From: a virus
Taxonomy: Duplodnaviria; Caudoviricetes
Length of the DNA stretch: 64,000 nucleotides
Reading direction: 5' to 3' (one strand)
IMG/VR virus record: IMGVR_UViG_3300013426_000014
Span: 192,001 to 256,000 of that record
The notes beneath the pieces were generated by a model. The model was not told the DNA's origin. It made no database searches and saw nothing but the letters and a program-made list of their open reading frames with translations. Positions 1-10,647 of this stretch are shown here, piece after piece (the stretch's first letter is position 1; the number at the start of each line of letters is the position of its first letter). Both the position numbers and the translations under genes were made by a program.

Positions 1-15
1 AAGGCGGAGCGAACG

Positions 16-1149
16 ATGATCGAGCGGCACGGCGTCGCGAACGCGTTTCAGATGCCGGATCACCGCGCGTCCGCCGTAAGTTCGGTACGGAAGAATTCGG
101 TGGATATGTGGAAGGACCGTGGGCTCGATATTGAATATACGGATAACGATACCGTCATCATCAAGAACGGATGCCCGGTCCATGGTGATATTGAGCTCGA
201 CGTCAAGACGTTCAATAACAGGACAAAACCTGAGCGGATCAATGTGTCGTCGGTTTGCCCTGTGTGTAATCCGCTTGACAGTTATTCCGGTCCGGAAATA
301 GAGATAAAGAACAATCTTGATTTGTTCGGTATCGAATATGTCATGAACGACAGGTCCATAATAAAGCCGTATGAGCTTGATTTTTATATTCCCGACAAGA
401 AAATAGCGGTGGAGTTCAACGGTGTTTATTTTCATAGTGATAGATCCGGCAAGCCGATCGATTACCATAAGATGAAATCTGACATGTGTGCGGCGAAAGG
501 AATAGAGCTCATCCATATATGGGAAAACGAGTGGTCGTCGAAAAAATCATTGATTTTGTCGATGTTGAGATACAAGCTCGGTATACATACCGCCGTCGCG
601 TACGCGCGTAATTGTGTCGTCAGGAATATATCCGCTGCCGAATCGAGACGGTTCTTCGAGTGCAACCATCTGCAGGGTAATGTGGGCGCGTCGTATAGGT
701 ACGGCCTTTTTTATGACGGGAATCTCGTCGCCGCGATGACATTCGGCCCGACCCGTCGGATGCTTGGCGCCGACGGGAAGGATTGCGAGCTTTACCGGTT
801 CTGTGTTATGAACGGGGTATCTGTTCCGGGCGGGGCGTCGAAACTGTTCGTTGCCGCTCTGCCGGATTTGCGATCCGCCGGGTTCAGGAAAATCATCACA
901 TACGCGAGGAGAGACTGGTCATCGGGTAACTTGTATAAAAAATTAGGCTTTACTTTCATACAATATACAAGTCCCGGTTATTTTTGGGCGGACGGCAGGG
1001 GAACGACATTGAGCCGGTATTCGTGCAGGAAGAATCTTCTCGTCAAGGCTGGAGCGGACCCGAACATGACGGAGACGGAGATCATGACCGCCCGCGGGTT
1101 TTACAAGTGTCATGATTCCGGCAACATGAAATTTGAATATATTCTGTAA
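16..1149 (+). CDS. Homing-endonuclease-like protein (Vsr/PD-(D/E)xK-like domain plus C-terminal GNAT-like domain); probably 5'-truncated
   Basis: ELDFYIPDKKIAVEFNGVYFHS and LIHIWENEW motifs; C-terminal ELYRFC...GGASKL...G.LY..LGF. Confidence 0.65.
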   Translation: MIERHGVANAFQMPDHRASAVSSVRKNSVDMWKDRGLDIEYTDNDTVIIKNGCPVHGDIELDVKTFNNRTKPERINVSSVCPVCNPLDSYSGPEIEIKNNLDLFGIEYVMNDRSIIKPYELDFYIPDKKIAVEFNGVYFHSDRSGKPIDYHKMKSDMCAAKGIELIHIWENEWSSKKSLILSMLRYKLGIHTAVAYARNCVVRNISAAESRRFFECNHLQGNVGASYRYGLFYDGNLVAAMTFGPTRRMLGADGKDCELYRFCVMNGVSVPGGASKLFVAALPDLRSAGFRKIITYARRDWSSGNLYKKLGFTFIQYTSPGYFWADGRGTTLSRYSCRKNLLVKAGADPNMTETEIMTARGFYKCHDSGNMKFEYIL

Positions 1150-2000
1150 TGAAGTTTTTTAATAAGGACATAGATTTGCGCTCGCGTTTTTTCAGTTCGG
1201 TATACGCGTGCGGTGACATACACGGGTCGTTTGATACGTTCATATTTGATCTCAAACGGAAGAAAATCAAGAACGCCGTGGTTATAATATGCGGTGATAT
1301 ATCACTTGGCTTTAGCAAACCGGCATATTACGAGCAGGTGTTCAAGTCGATGCAGGCGAAACTATACGATCTGAATGTCACAGTTCTGATGTTCCGTGGC
1401 AATCATGACGATCCGGACTGGTTCAAGTTCAACGATTCCGGGTTTGATTATGACTATACGAACATTGTGGTGCTCGATGATTATTCGGTCGTCCGGTTGA
1501 AGGACGATCTGTCGGTTCTTGTCATCGGCGGCGCCGTGTCGATCGACCGGAAACTTCGCGAGTTGAACGGGTACAAGTATTGGACAGGTGAGGAGGTTTG
1601 TCTGCCGGAGAAGAACATGATAAAGAAATTCTGTTCGCTGCCCGGTCGGCATATCGTGTGTAGTCACACTGCCCCGGATTTTGTGAACGCGACCGCGGGT
1701 AATGCTCCGGCGGACGTGCTGGAGAATTTTATTTCATTGGGTGATAAGAATCTGCGTGACGACATAGACAAGGACCGGAAAACGTTGACCGAATGTCGGA
1801 AACTTATGGATCCGGCGCCGGAGTTGTGGCTATACGGTCATTTTCACGCGCACGCTGAAGAGACGACTGACGGGATCAAATATGTGATGCTTGATCGTCT
1901 CAGGGATAACATATCGCATACCCGTCATGACATGACAATTCCGGATTCGGATTTCTGGCTAAAGCGAGATGACATATGTGATTGGTATAAGGTATTATAA
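1149..2000 (+). CDS. Calcineurin-like metallophosphoesterase
   Basis: GDIHG, CGD, GNHD, SHT, GHFH motifs. Confidence 0.9.
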   Translation: MKFFNKDIDLRSRFFSSVYACGDIHGSFDTFIFDLKRKKIKNAVVIICGDISLGFSKPAYYEQVFKSMQAKLYDLNVTVLMFRGNHDDPDWFKFNDSGFDYDYTNIVVLDDYSVVRLKDDLSVLVIGGAVSIDRKLRELNGYKYWTGEEVCLPEKNMIKKFCSLPGRHIVCSHTAPDFVNATAGNAPADVLENFISLGDKNLRDDIDKDRKTLTECRKLMDPAPELWLYGHFHAHAEETTDGIKYVMLDRLRDNISHTRHDMTIPDSDFWLKRDDICDWYKVL

Positions 2001-2023
2001 GAGGTATTATAAATTTCAAAAAT

Positions 2024-2569
2024 ATGAGAGTCAGGATGAACGGGAACGACAGGTTCGATGAGTATTATTCAGAAGATAATTGGCGCGGGGGACGTCCCGG
2101 CCGGGATTTCGGCGGGAACAAGAACATGTATGGGAAATGGGATCACAAGACGCATTATTACGAGTTTTACACTACCGGCGGGAGGGGACTCAAAGAATGT
2201 ACGTTTGATTTCCTTAAGAAAAATTTCGACGTCAAGGCCGCGCCGAAGTTCGCGGACGGCGAGTTTTATTTCGTCGCGAACAGGGGGAATAGGGAGATGG
2301 TCATAATGTCGTTCCCGTCGGCCGGCGTCATATATAACCACATGACGAGCTCGTATACGTACATCACGCCGTATGGCGAGGTCCCGATGGATTCATGCTT
2401 CAAGACGGCGGATGACGCGATGAAGTGGATCAAGAAGAATGAGGACGCGTCACGAGGCGAGATCATCGCGATAAAGACAAAGGAGCAGGTCGCGGCGGAG
2501 GACGCGGCGAGACATGTCAATTTCGGTCCGGGAGGACCGGGAGGCCAGACTTTCAGTTTTACATTTTAA
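2024..2569 (+). CDS. Hypothetical protein
   Basis: 181-aa ORF in operon context. Confidence 0.7.
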   Translation: MRVRMNGNDRFDEYYSEDNWRGGRPGRDFGGNKNMYGKWDHKTHYYEFYTTGGRGLKECTFDFLKKNFDVKAAPKFADGEFYFVANRGNREMVIMSFPSAGVIYNHMTSSYTYITPYGEVPMDSCFKTADDAMKWIKKNEDASRGEIIAIKTKEQVAAEDAARHVNFGPGGPGGQTFSFTF

Positions 2570-2579
2570 TTAAATCTGT

Positions 2580-3419
2580 ATGGACGAGATATACCAGAAA
2601 ATAGTTGTGTACGCGAATAATAAGCTGTATAGGGTCGAGCCGATATCCGATCTTAGTAAGAAGCCTCCGCGGGTGACTGTAAGGTCACTCGCGCGGACGT
2701 ATTATCCAGTACACGGCTGGCTGAAGTGTCTGAACGCGCCGGTCGTGTATATTGGTGATTTGTTTATCGACATAGCAGCTGAGAACGACGCGCAGATGGA
2801 GGATCCGGATGTTCAAACCCCGTACGTGTATGACGAATGGCTTTGTAATGATGACAATTACAAAATGCTGGCGGGGAAGATAGGGATGATTTACCAGCCA
2901 TTGAATGGATCGGGAGGCGAGCTCAAGGAAAACCAGCTTTTGACAAACTTGTACAATATAGATCATTTTGCCGCTGATGATGTAGTTGTGTTTGTCGATC
3001 CGGAACAGATGCGGACGAGGAATATATGCGGGAAGGATGAGTATGACATGTTTTACAAACGTGTCGCTTATATATGCGGGTCATTGTCTAAGGTGTATTG
3101 GGAGCAGAAGCGGGCAGACAATCCGAAAGTTGTGCCGCCGGATCCGAACGAGACGGAGACGCGGAGTTATCCCGCGGAGGTTGAGTATGTGACGTCGCCG
3201 TCGACGTCATATACAATAAAGAATGGTGACGAGATTGTCGATGCTGTGGACGGTTTGTTGTATTCGGATGGTGATAACACCAACATCGCGGTTAAGACGA
3301 AAGACGGCGCATATATGGTCAGAACCGTCCCGGGCGCGTTCGTCGTGTATGATGAGAGTTCCGCCAGGATTTCGGTGTTCCCGTCCGATCCGTTGACAGC
3401 GAAAGGAAAATCAAGTTAG
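2580..3419 (+). CDS. Hypothetical protein
   Basis: 279-aa ORF, TAG stop. Confidence 0.75.
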   Translation: MDEIYQKIVVYANNKLYRVEPISDLSKKPPRVTVRSLARTYYPVHGWLKCLNAPVVYIGDLFIDIAAENDAQMEDPDVQTPYVYDEWLCNDDNYKMLAGKIGMIYQPLNGSGGELKENQLLTNLYNIDHFAADDVVVFVDPEQMRTRNICGKDEYDMFYKRVAYICGSLSKVYWEQKRADNPKVVPPDPNETETRSYPAEVEYVTSPSTSYTIKNGDEIVDAVDGLLYSDGDNTNIAVKTKDGAYMVRTVPGAFVVYDESSARISVFPSDPLTAKGKSS

Positions 3420-3429
3420 CCGTCAATAA

Positions 3430-4239
3430 ATGGAATCTAAGATATACAGCGAGACAGAACTTAAGGATTTATTATCCAATAAGTTAGGTGTAGATAAAGA
3501 AGAAGCGAGATCATGTGTCACCACAGTCAGCAAGACACTTGATTCTATGGCTTCGCCGTTTGATGCGGAGGCGACGGCACGCAAGTGTTACGAGAAGGCG
3601 CAGCGGATGGGTCCGGAATATAAGTATCACGGCATGTCAGTTCAGGATATTCTCGATTGCTGGGACAGGAAAAACAAAGACGCGTGCGAATGTGGTAGGC
3701 TGGTCGACGATTTCATCGGTTCGATGCTCGATAAATCGGCGATGACGCCGGATGATTTCACCGGACTGAATGACAGGCTGAACGCGGCGAAGACAGAATG
3801 GCGTCGGAAAGTGGAATGCGCGGGGAAGACATTGGATACGCTCGCCGCAGCCGGGTATGAGTTTATGTCAAGGGAGCGTGACCTGTGTGATCCATTGAAG
3901 CGGATCCGCGGCAGGTTCGACGCGATTTATTACAAGGACGGCGCGGTGTGGCTGTTCGACTGGAAGTCCAACGATGAAATCACGGTCGAGAACAAGTACG
4001 AGAATTTTCACGGGCCGATGATGGGTTTCCCTGAATGTAAGTATTATCGGTATTCGATGCAATTGTATATATATAAGTACATATTGCGGATGTATTACGG
4101 TATCGGTAATGACATCAAGACCGCGTTCATTCAGATGACAGAGAACGATCCGGTTATATATAATACGGCGAATCTTCCGTACAGTGACGAATTCGTCAAT
4201 TCGGTTATAGAGTATGGTGCTATGCGCGCCGCCCGATAA
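3430..4239 (+). CDS. PD-(D/E)xK (Cas4/RecB-like) exonuclease
   Basis: RGRFDAIY...LFDWKS...YSMQLYIY. Confidence 0.8.
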   Translation: MESKIYSETELKDLLSNKLGVDKEEARSCVTTVSKTLDSMASPFDAEATARKCYEKAQRMGPEYKYHGMSVQDILDCWDRKNKDACECGRLVDDFIGSMLDKSAMTPDDFTGLNDRLNAAKTEWRRKVECAGKTLDTLAAAGYEFMSRERDLCDPLKRIRGRFDAIYYKDGAVWLFDWKSNDEITVENKYENFHGPMMGFPECKYYRYSMQLYIYKYILRMYYGIGNDIKTAFIQMTENDPVIYNTANLPYSDEFVNSVIEYGAMRAAR

Positions 4240-4260
4240 ATATTCAAATAGAAATTCAGC

Positions 4261-4941
4261 GTGATGAGTGTTGTCATGTTAAGGAAACGGTCAGGCGTCA
4301 ATGAAGAAGAAATGGTTAATGTGCAGGTGTCTGATCCGAACATACAGAAACAGATAGCGCAGCTGAACGACGCGATTGCCAGGGCGGAGAAACAGTACAA
4401 CGACACGGTTACGCCGCTCAAGCAGAAGATAGCGGCGTTGCAGAAACAGGACGCGGCGAAGCAAGCGCAGTCAAGCGATCAACAGGGTCAAAGTCAACAG
4501 AACAATCAGCAGGACACGAACGAGTCATTGAAACGGGTTTACGCCGAATCGATCAGACGCTCGCGGAAACTGTACGAGTCTGTCAAATCGCGACGTGACG
4601 ACCTGACAGATTTGTTGATCGACATGTTCGCTGATATGGATCTGTCGTATTCTGTGTCTGATAAGGAATGTAAGAATATCGCGAGGAAGATGATCGGCGT
4701 GCTTGACGGTTTTGACGTCGAGGACGGTGATGTCTGGCCGGACGTCGAGGACGAGATACGGCTATATTTCAAGAATAATGGAATCAGCCTTTCCGGAAGG
4801 GAGAAAGACGACGTCATCGACAGCATACGCGAATGTATAAAGTCGATGCCGGAATACGAGTGGGTGTTCGGTGATAATAATGACGCGCTTGCGGATGACA
4901 TCGCGACGTTTTCAGACGGTGATGATATGGTCGTATTGTAG
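4261..4941 (+). CDS. Hypothetical protein, possibly virion-internal
   Basis: GATAAATA at 4235; VNE/TNES/LYES motifs; Q-rich linker. Confidence 0.55.
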   Translation: MMSVVMLRKRSGVNEEEMVNVQVSDPNIQKQIAQLNDAIARAEKQYNDTVTPLKQKIAALQKQDAAKQAQSSDQQGQSQQNNQQDTNESLKRVYAESIRRSRKLYESVKSRRDDLTDLLIDMFADMDLSYSVSDKECKNIARKMIGVLDGFDVEDGDVWPDVEDEIRLYFKNNGISLSGREKDDVIDSIRECIKSMPEYEWVFGDNNDALADDIATFSDGDDMVVL

Positions 4942-4980
4942 TCATGTATCCATACTACCGTAAAAAATCGATAATGACAT

Positions 4981-5148
4981 ATGGCGTTTTGGGATAATAT
5001 ATTCAAGGATGACGATTCGGACATAGACGGGTTGCTTCGTGACGATGAAGACGATTTCGATATCGGATCAGATGATGACGATATTGACGACGGCGTTGAT
5101 GATGAACCGGATGATGACTCCGGTATGGACGACGAATGGGATTATTAA
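4981..5148 (+). CDS. Small, extremely acidic protein
   Basis: MAFWDNIFKDDDSDIDGLLRDDEDDFD...EWDY, 55 aa; not in the ORF track. Confidence 0.6.
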   Translation: MAFWDNIFKDDDSDIDGLLRDDEDDFDIGSDDDDIDDGVDDEPDDDSGMDDEWDY

Positions 5149-5161
5149 TTTCTGACATTTT

Positions 5162-5422
5162 ATGAGTAAGTCATACAAAAAGGCCGTTTTTAAGGACAAC
5201 GGCATGGGCAAGGATATATTGCGCCGGCAGATCCGGAGCTCTCAGAAGAACTACATAAGATCTAATATTGACAAATTCCTTGATGACGGCGACGCGAACA
5301 TCCCGGACGGGAAGACGATAATGAATGATTACAACTGGTGCGACTACCGGTTTTATCATGAACACGCGAACAAGAAAAACCGTGACAATGATGAGTGGTA
5401 TAAGTTATTCAGACGGAAGTAA
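5162..5422 (+). CDS. Hypothetical protein
   Basis: 86-aa ORF. Confidence 0.7.
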   Translation: MSKSYKKAVFKDNGMGKDILRRQIRSSQKNYIRSNIDKFLDDGDANIPDGKTIMNDYNWCDYRFYHEHANKKNRDNDEWYKLFRRK

Positions 5423-5825
5423 AGCGGAGATATTGTCACGTGTGTATAAGATAAATGTTGTTGAGCCGGAGTCGCTTGATACAGACAAGCTCATCGAAGA
5501 CATTCTTCTCACCGACACCGCGCTGTATGACTATATCGAGTTTTCTGGCAGTCCGCGGAATTGCATCTGGGTCGGTCGGATATGTCGGAATATGATAAAC
5601 GTAATGCGTCCCGAAATCAGGCCGGTGTTCGTGATCCGGTTCCCGTATGTCACGGCGAAGGACAAGGCGGATGTCGCGCGCGTTCCGCGTTATGATCTAT
5701 GGCCGTGGGATTATATCATCATAGATGACGGGTCTGGGACGGATCAGATACACAAGGTGTCTGTTTACGGCGGCACGTTTGTCGATCATGTCATGACAGA
5801 GAAAACAGACAAGATTGAAGTATAA
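5388..5825 (+). CDS. Hypothetical protein
   Basis: ORF; start uncertain. Confidence 0.6.
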   Translation: MMSGISYSDGSKAEILSRVYKINVVEPESLDTDKLIEDILLTDTALYDYIEFSGSPRNCIWVGRICRNMINVMRPEIRPVFVIRFPYVTAKDKADVARVPRYDLWPWDYIIIDDGSGTDQIHKVSVYGGTFVDHVMTEKTDKIEV

Positions 5826-5919
5826 TTATTAAATATTTGTATTTCAGTTAGTTAAATATAAATATGAATTTCAGGTGAAAATTTTTCATCTGAAATTTTT
5901 TTATTTGAATAATTTGATA

Positions 5920-5927
5920 TATCTTTG
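5920..5927 (+). promoter_or_regulatory. Bacteroidota-type -7 promoter element TAnnTTTG (representative copy)
   Basis: TATCTTTG here. Also at 8242, 11196, 13153, 13714, 27162, 35716 (+) and 41205, 43755, 46672, 57531, 63299 (-), mostly in AT-rich gaps upstream of genes. Confidence 0.75.
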
Positions 5928-5978
5928 TGTTGTTAAAATTAACACAGTAAAGTTTAACATACAAAAACAACAGTTATT

Positions 5979-6611
5979 ATGGAAGCAAGAACATCAAGAA
6001 TCGAACTCACTAAAGCCGATGTTATCGGCATCACCGCGGCAATCATGACATGCAAGGTCAAGAGAATTGACGTCACGACACCGGTAAAGGCAAGGAAGTT
6101 TTTCAACCAGCTATTTACCGCCGCGCCGGCAATCAGTCCGTCTGTTCGCCCTTTGTGGAACAAGGCTGTCGCGAAGCACAGGTTAACGAACGAAACGACC
6201 GTCATGAACTTTTTCAAGGCGGCGGAGGTCAGGTCCGCGATACACGCCGACGCCGTCGGCCGTGGTTTAGAGTTCGTCGAGACGAAGGTTGAGAAGAATG
6301 AGAGAATCATCAAGAAAATCAAGGATGATCTTAAGGGACTGTACACGTTCGACGAGATAGAGATCACCAACCCGGATAATACGTTTGTCGTCCGCAACGC
6401 CGACGGTCTCGGCGATCCGATGTTTGTTGACGGCGGAGAGGAGTTTATTTCCGACCACATGCACGAGCTTAGCATGTTGTACAAGGCGATGACCGGCACG
6501 CCGTATTATGATGCTCGTCCGATCAGGTACACGACATGGCTTGCCAATCCGGAAAAACGCGATCGTACAAGAACCGTTGAGATTGATGTAAATGACATCG
6601 ACATCGATTAA
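5979..6611 (+). CDS. Hypothetical protein (host-type promoter, likely early)
   Basis: 210-aa ORF downstream of TATCTTTG. Confidence 0.75.
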   Translation: MEARTSRIELTKADVIGITAAIMTCKVKRIDVTTPVKARKFFNQLFTAAPAISPSVRPLWNKAVAKHRLTNETTVMNFFKAAEVRSAIHADAVGRGLEFVETKVEKNERIIKKIKDDLKGLYTFDEIEITNPDNTFVVRNADGLGDPMFVDGGEEFISDHMHELSMLYKAMTGTPYYDARPIRYTTWLANPEKRDRTRTVEIDVNDIDID

Positions 6612-6668
6612 AATTAAATGAAAATACGGGCAAGATTATTGATTGTTTTTACAAATATATAAAATCCA

Positions 6669-6908
6669 ATGAAAAAGTCTGAATTGTGTGATATGCTCAC
6701 GACCGATATCAAGAAGATCGGTGAGATGCATGAAAGATGGATGAACGTTCTGTATGAGGGGACGCCGGCGAAGGACCATATTGATGATCTTCCGAAAGCG
6801 GAACGGATTGCGATAGACCGCGCCTGCTTCTCGCTCAGTATTTTGTACACTTCATTTGATTATCTCGCGGATGTCATCGAGTTAAAACGTAGAAATTCAC
6901 TGCAATAG
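6669..6908 (+). CDS. Hypothetical protein
   Basis: 79-aa ORF. Confidence 0.65.
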   Translation: MKKSELCDMLTTDIKKIGEMHERWMNVLYEGTPAKDHIDDLPKAERIAIDRACFSLSILYTSFDYLADVIELKRRNSLQ

Positions 6909-6918
6909 AATTTTAGAT

Positions 6919-7327
6919 ATGACAGTATTGGTGTATATAATTGTGTATATGCTGACTGGCGTCATACTTGCGTCGGCGATTTATACGATAGAAAAGAGAT
7001 CTTAATTTCTGGCACAAAAAAATATTTGCTTTCGTTGATGATGAAAGATACCATCTGCAGAGTGAGGTCAATGATGCGGAGTCCGATGCGGAGTCCGTAA
7101 ACGTGATATTCACTGTGTTGTCTGCGTTCATATGGCCGCTGCCGATTTTCATCATCATCCTGTATGGATTGCTGATGCTAGTTAGAAAGATAACAGTATG
7201 TTGTGTCAACGGCATTATCGACATTTTTATCAAGGCTGACGGCAAAGATAACACGAAAGCAACGGTGAAAAAGAGCGTCGATTGTGAAAAAGAAGAAGAC
7301 ACAAAAGAAGAAGACACATGGTTTTAA
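6919..7327 (+). pseudogene. Membrane protein gene with +1 frameshift near 6992
   Basis: Hydrophobic N-terminus MTVLVYIIVYMLTGVILASAIY; removing one A from GAAAAGAG joins it to the 7103-7327 frame. Confidence 0.5.
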
Positions 7328-7527
7328 TGATTAATTCTACCGGGAATGATCAGTAAAGTTTATTATGTCAGGGTCGGCATATATTGTGGTACCGCCATGA
7401 CATTACGAGACGCGGAAGAGATGGAGAAGCATTTCACCCGCATGACGGACGAGCTTGATCACAGGTTTGATGTCAATACCGGATATGTAGTCGGTAAAAA
7501 ATCTGAATCGTGAACAGTATAATTTAT

Positions 7528-8043
7528 ATGGAGAACAAAAGTAACAATTTAGATAAGATCAGACAAGCGCGCCGCGCGGGTAACGGCGGGACGCAGGAGT
7601 ATTTTACACCGCGGCCGCTTGTCGACATGATGCTTGACAAGCTTCCCGACGATGTGTTCACTGATTTCGGCAAGACGATATTGGAGCCGTCCGCCGGTAA
7701 TGGTAATTTTGTTATCGCGATACTCGAACGGAGATTCGAGAATATCAATCATATAACGGAAATTACGATGGCGTTGTCCACCGTTTACGCGGTTGAGTTG
7801 ATGCCGGATAATGTCAACGAGATGAAAGATCGGATCAAGGACATTGTTTATAAAAAATGTAGGGAACTGTATGCCGCGCTGAACGCGCCGGATGACGTCG
7901 CCGTGAAAGAGATTGACGACATGTGGAGCAGCACGTTCAAACCGGTGATTGATCATAACATCGTTTGTCATGATTTCTTCACATGGGATTTTGAGAGGTG
8001 GGAACCCCTTTCTGTCGGGGAGAAGGCACCGGCGCTGTTCTAA
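7528..8043 (+). CDS. N6-adenine DNA methyltransferase SAM-binding half
   Basis: EYFTP and ILEPSAGNGNF (motifs X/I); no NPPY. Confidence 0.8.
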   Translation: MENKSNNLDKIRQARRAGNGGTQEYFTPRPLVDMMLDKLPDDVFTDFGKTILEPSAGNGNFVIAILERRFENINHITEITMALSTVYAVELMPDNVNEMKDRIKDIVYKKCRELYAALNAPDDVAVKEIDDMWSSTFKPVIDHNIVCHDFFTWDFERWEPLSVGEKAPALF

Positions 8044-8271
8044 CGTCGGATAAATACAAAGAACAAGATTGATTGGTTAATTTCATCATTTTTTGCTTTC
8101 ATACAATAATACAAGTTTTTAGGGATTAGAGATGCCGCGAGGCCGTCGCGAGACGGCGCGGACGGAAAGATTCCGGATCCGGTGTGAACCGCATCCGGAT
8201 ATTTTTTATATGAAATGTTTTCATATTTGAAATATTACTGCTATATTTGCTGTAACAAAAATACGTGCGAT

Positions 8272-10200
8272 ATGAAAATAATGAAATCATTTGATCTTGT
8301 AAATAACATTGTGACTGACATTGTTCCGTCTGATTGGGGTGAATACCGGCATGATCCGATGTGGATATACGTCTTGACGACAAATGAGCTTGAACGCGAG
8401 GGGATCGTCAAGATCGGGGAGTCTCATAACCCAGAAAGCCGTGTCGTTCAGCTGTGCAATGCGAATGCCGGCAAGCCCGCGCTGCTGCCAGACGAACGGT
8501 GGTTTACAAAATATAAAGTGCTGGTGCCGGAGTCATACACAGGGTACGTGAATGATAAAGGCAAGTACAAGACACGTATATCTGGGTTTGATCATGAAGT
8601 TCATTCGTATCTTGTCAAAAGGCATGGAATAATACGTGTAGAGAATCATCCGAAATATCCGGATAACACCGAACTTTTCCGGATAAGTCCGGAGACGGCG
8701 CATGACATGATCTGTGAATATTTCGGCGCGGAACCGGATAACCGCCGTGTTCGCAGGCCGAACGATGTCAAGATTGTTTACACACCGGCCGATTGCGTGA
8801 AGACGATGTTTGACCGGTATATGTTCAAGATGCGGCCGGGATGTGTGTCGCCTGATCATAAGATGGCCGATAATTTTGATTTGTCGCAAAGGAGCAGAAA
8901 GGAACCGTTTACCATCTGCACGATGATAGCGAAAAACGCGGTGTTCATCAACGCGGCCATCGACAGGTTTGTCAAATGCACAAAAGGAATGGGAAAGGCA
9001 GAGATAATAAAGCGGTGCCTGGCTGATAACATATACGCGTATTGTTATACAGAGAATTGTAAGAACGCGGTAAAAGAGCAGATCCGCAATCATATAATAT
9101 ATGAGCTTAATATAAAGATGGACGGCAGGATTATCGATGAGCTTGTCGACAACGGAAACATACGCGCGATTTATTCAATGGAAGACAGCAGAAAAGAAAT
9201 GGAAAGCAAAATCGCCGATTGCATCGGCGGCAGACGATTCGACGCGGTGGTGATGAATCCGCCGTATGACAGCGGGCTTCATTTGAAGTTTTTGAGAAAG
9301 GCGCTGGAGATATCGGATCAGTATGTGTTGACTATACAGCCGGCGGCATGGCTTGTCGGGTGTCAGACATCGAATGATGATACGAAGGCGATCGTGAAAG
9401 CAGCCGACATGTATCATACCGTTGTCGACAGCGTCCACGGGACGACGATGTTCAACAACGACGCGATGATCGCCGGCGAGATCACTATCGATTTCTTTGA
9501 CAAGAAAGATCCGGACAGATGCCTGATGTTCAACGGGAACAGGTATGACCGGTGCGCCGATGTTGATTTGTATAAACATTCGGACAAGTATGTGAATTTC
9601 ATAAAGTTTATAGATGAACTTGTACAAAAGAACGGTAGTGTAGAAAGTCATATATTGCGTAGTCCGAACGCGAAGTCAAAGATTTTCAGTAAGAACTGTA
9701 TTGATTATGATAATACCGACTCACCTGTTATACGAATGACTGGCTTCGCTGGTGATAAAAAAATAAGGTCTAAATCGAACGGTGATTTTTGGACACTTGG
9801 TTTGGGAAAAGGTGACGGTAAGAGCGCAAAATCTGTTATATGTCGGAATATATCGGAGTTTAATAAAACGGATAAAAATGAAGACCGACTTGATGTTTAT
9901 ATTCGTTTTTATGACAAATTAAATCGGGATAATTGCTATAATTATTTCAAGACGGACTTCGCCAGAATATGTGTCAAGCGCAAAAAACATAATGAACATT
10001 TGGATGCCGGTCCATTGCGTTATGTTCCGTTCTTTGACTTCTCCGATAAAAGGTTTTCCGGTTCCCCGACTGATATAGATAACGTGATATTCAGTATGTA
10101 CACAGATTGGTGTGTCCAGCATCTGATCGAGCCGGATACAGATATCGTTCGTTATTATATCGAAGACGAGCTTCCAGATTTCTATAAAATCAGAAAATAA
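8272..10200 (+). CDS. T5orf172/GIY-YIG-like nuclease fused to Eco57I-like methyltransferase catalytic region
   Basis: WIYV...VKIGES...ELFR at N-terminus; FDAVVMNPPY; motif I degenerate. Confidence 0.7.
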   Translation: MKIMKSFDLVNNIVTDIVPSDWGEYRHDPMWIYVLTTNELEREGIVKIGESHNPESRVVQLCNANAGKPALLPDERWFTKYKVLVPESYTGYVNDKGKYKTRISGFDHEVHSYLVKRHGIIRVENHPKYPDNTELFRISPETAHDMICEYFGAEPDNRRVRRPNDVKIVYTPADCVKTMFDRYMFKMRPGCVSPDHKMADNFDLSQRSRKEPFTICTMIAKNAVFINAAIDRFVKCTKGMGKAEIIKRCLADNIYAYCYTENCKNAVKEQIRNHIIYELNIKMDGRIIDELVDNGNIRAIYSMEDSRKEMESKIADCIGGRRFDAVVMNPPYDSGLHLKFLRKALEISDQYVLTIQPAAWLVGCQTSNDDTKAIVKAADMYHTVVDSVHGTTMFNNDAMIAGEITIDFFDKKDPDRCLMFNGNRYDRCADVDLYKHSDKYVNFIKFIDELVQKNGSVESHILRSPNAKSKIFSKNCIDYDNTDSPVIRMTGFAGDKKIRSKSNGDFWTLGLGKGDGKSAKSVICRNISEFNKTDKNEDRLDVYIRFYDKLNRDNCYNYFKTDFARICVKRKKHNEHLDAGPLRYVPFFDFSDKRFSGSPTDIDNVIFSMYTDWCVQHLIEPDTDIVRYYIEDELPDFYKIRK

Positions 10201-10466
10201 CGTTTTTTTTGATTTCTTGTGAATAAATAAAAAAATGAATGACCATTCATATATAATATATGTAGGTTGTTTTATTGGAATATGAGAAAATTTGAGAACA
10301 TATTTAATTCATGGCCGCTGAATAAACGGTTTGAATCATTGTATCTCGGTGTTTCCATTAAACGATATAATATGGATGACATAGAAGAATAAGGCTATTC
10401 TCATAATTGTATAATTTTTTGAGTTTCCGAATTCTTCGATAAGTTGAATCCGGAAATTTTTTATAA

Positions 10467-10540
10467 GCGTCCGTCGCCCAATCGGATAGAGCGCCGCACT
10501 ACGGATGCGGAGGTTCGGGGTTCGAATCCTCGCGGACGCG
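10467..10540 (+). tRNA. tRNA-Arg(ACG)
   Basis: Cloverleaf; CCGCA-CTACGGA-TGCGG. Confidence 0.9.
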
Positions 10541-10547
10541 CGAATAT

Positions 10548-10631
10548 GGCCCGGTGATGAAATGGAAGCCATAACTGATTTAAGTCCAGTCGGGCCGCAG
10601 GCCCATGCGGGTTCGAATCCCGCCCGGGCTA
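10548..10631 (+). tRNA. tRNA-Leu(TAA)
   Basis: Loop TTTAAGT, long variable arm. Confidence 0.85.
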
Positions 10632-10647
10632 CGAGAAAATAATGTAT

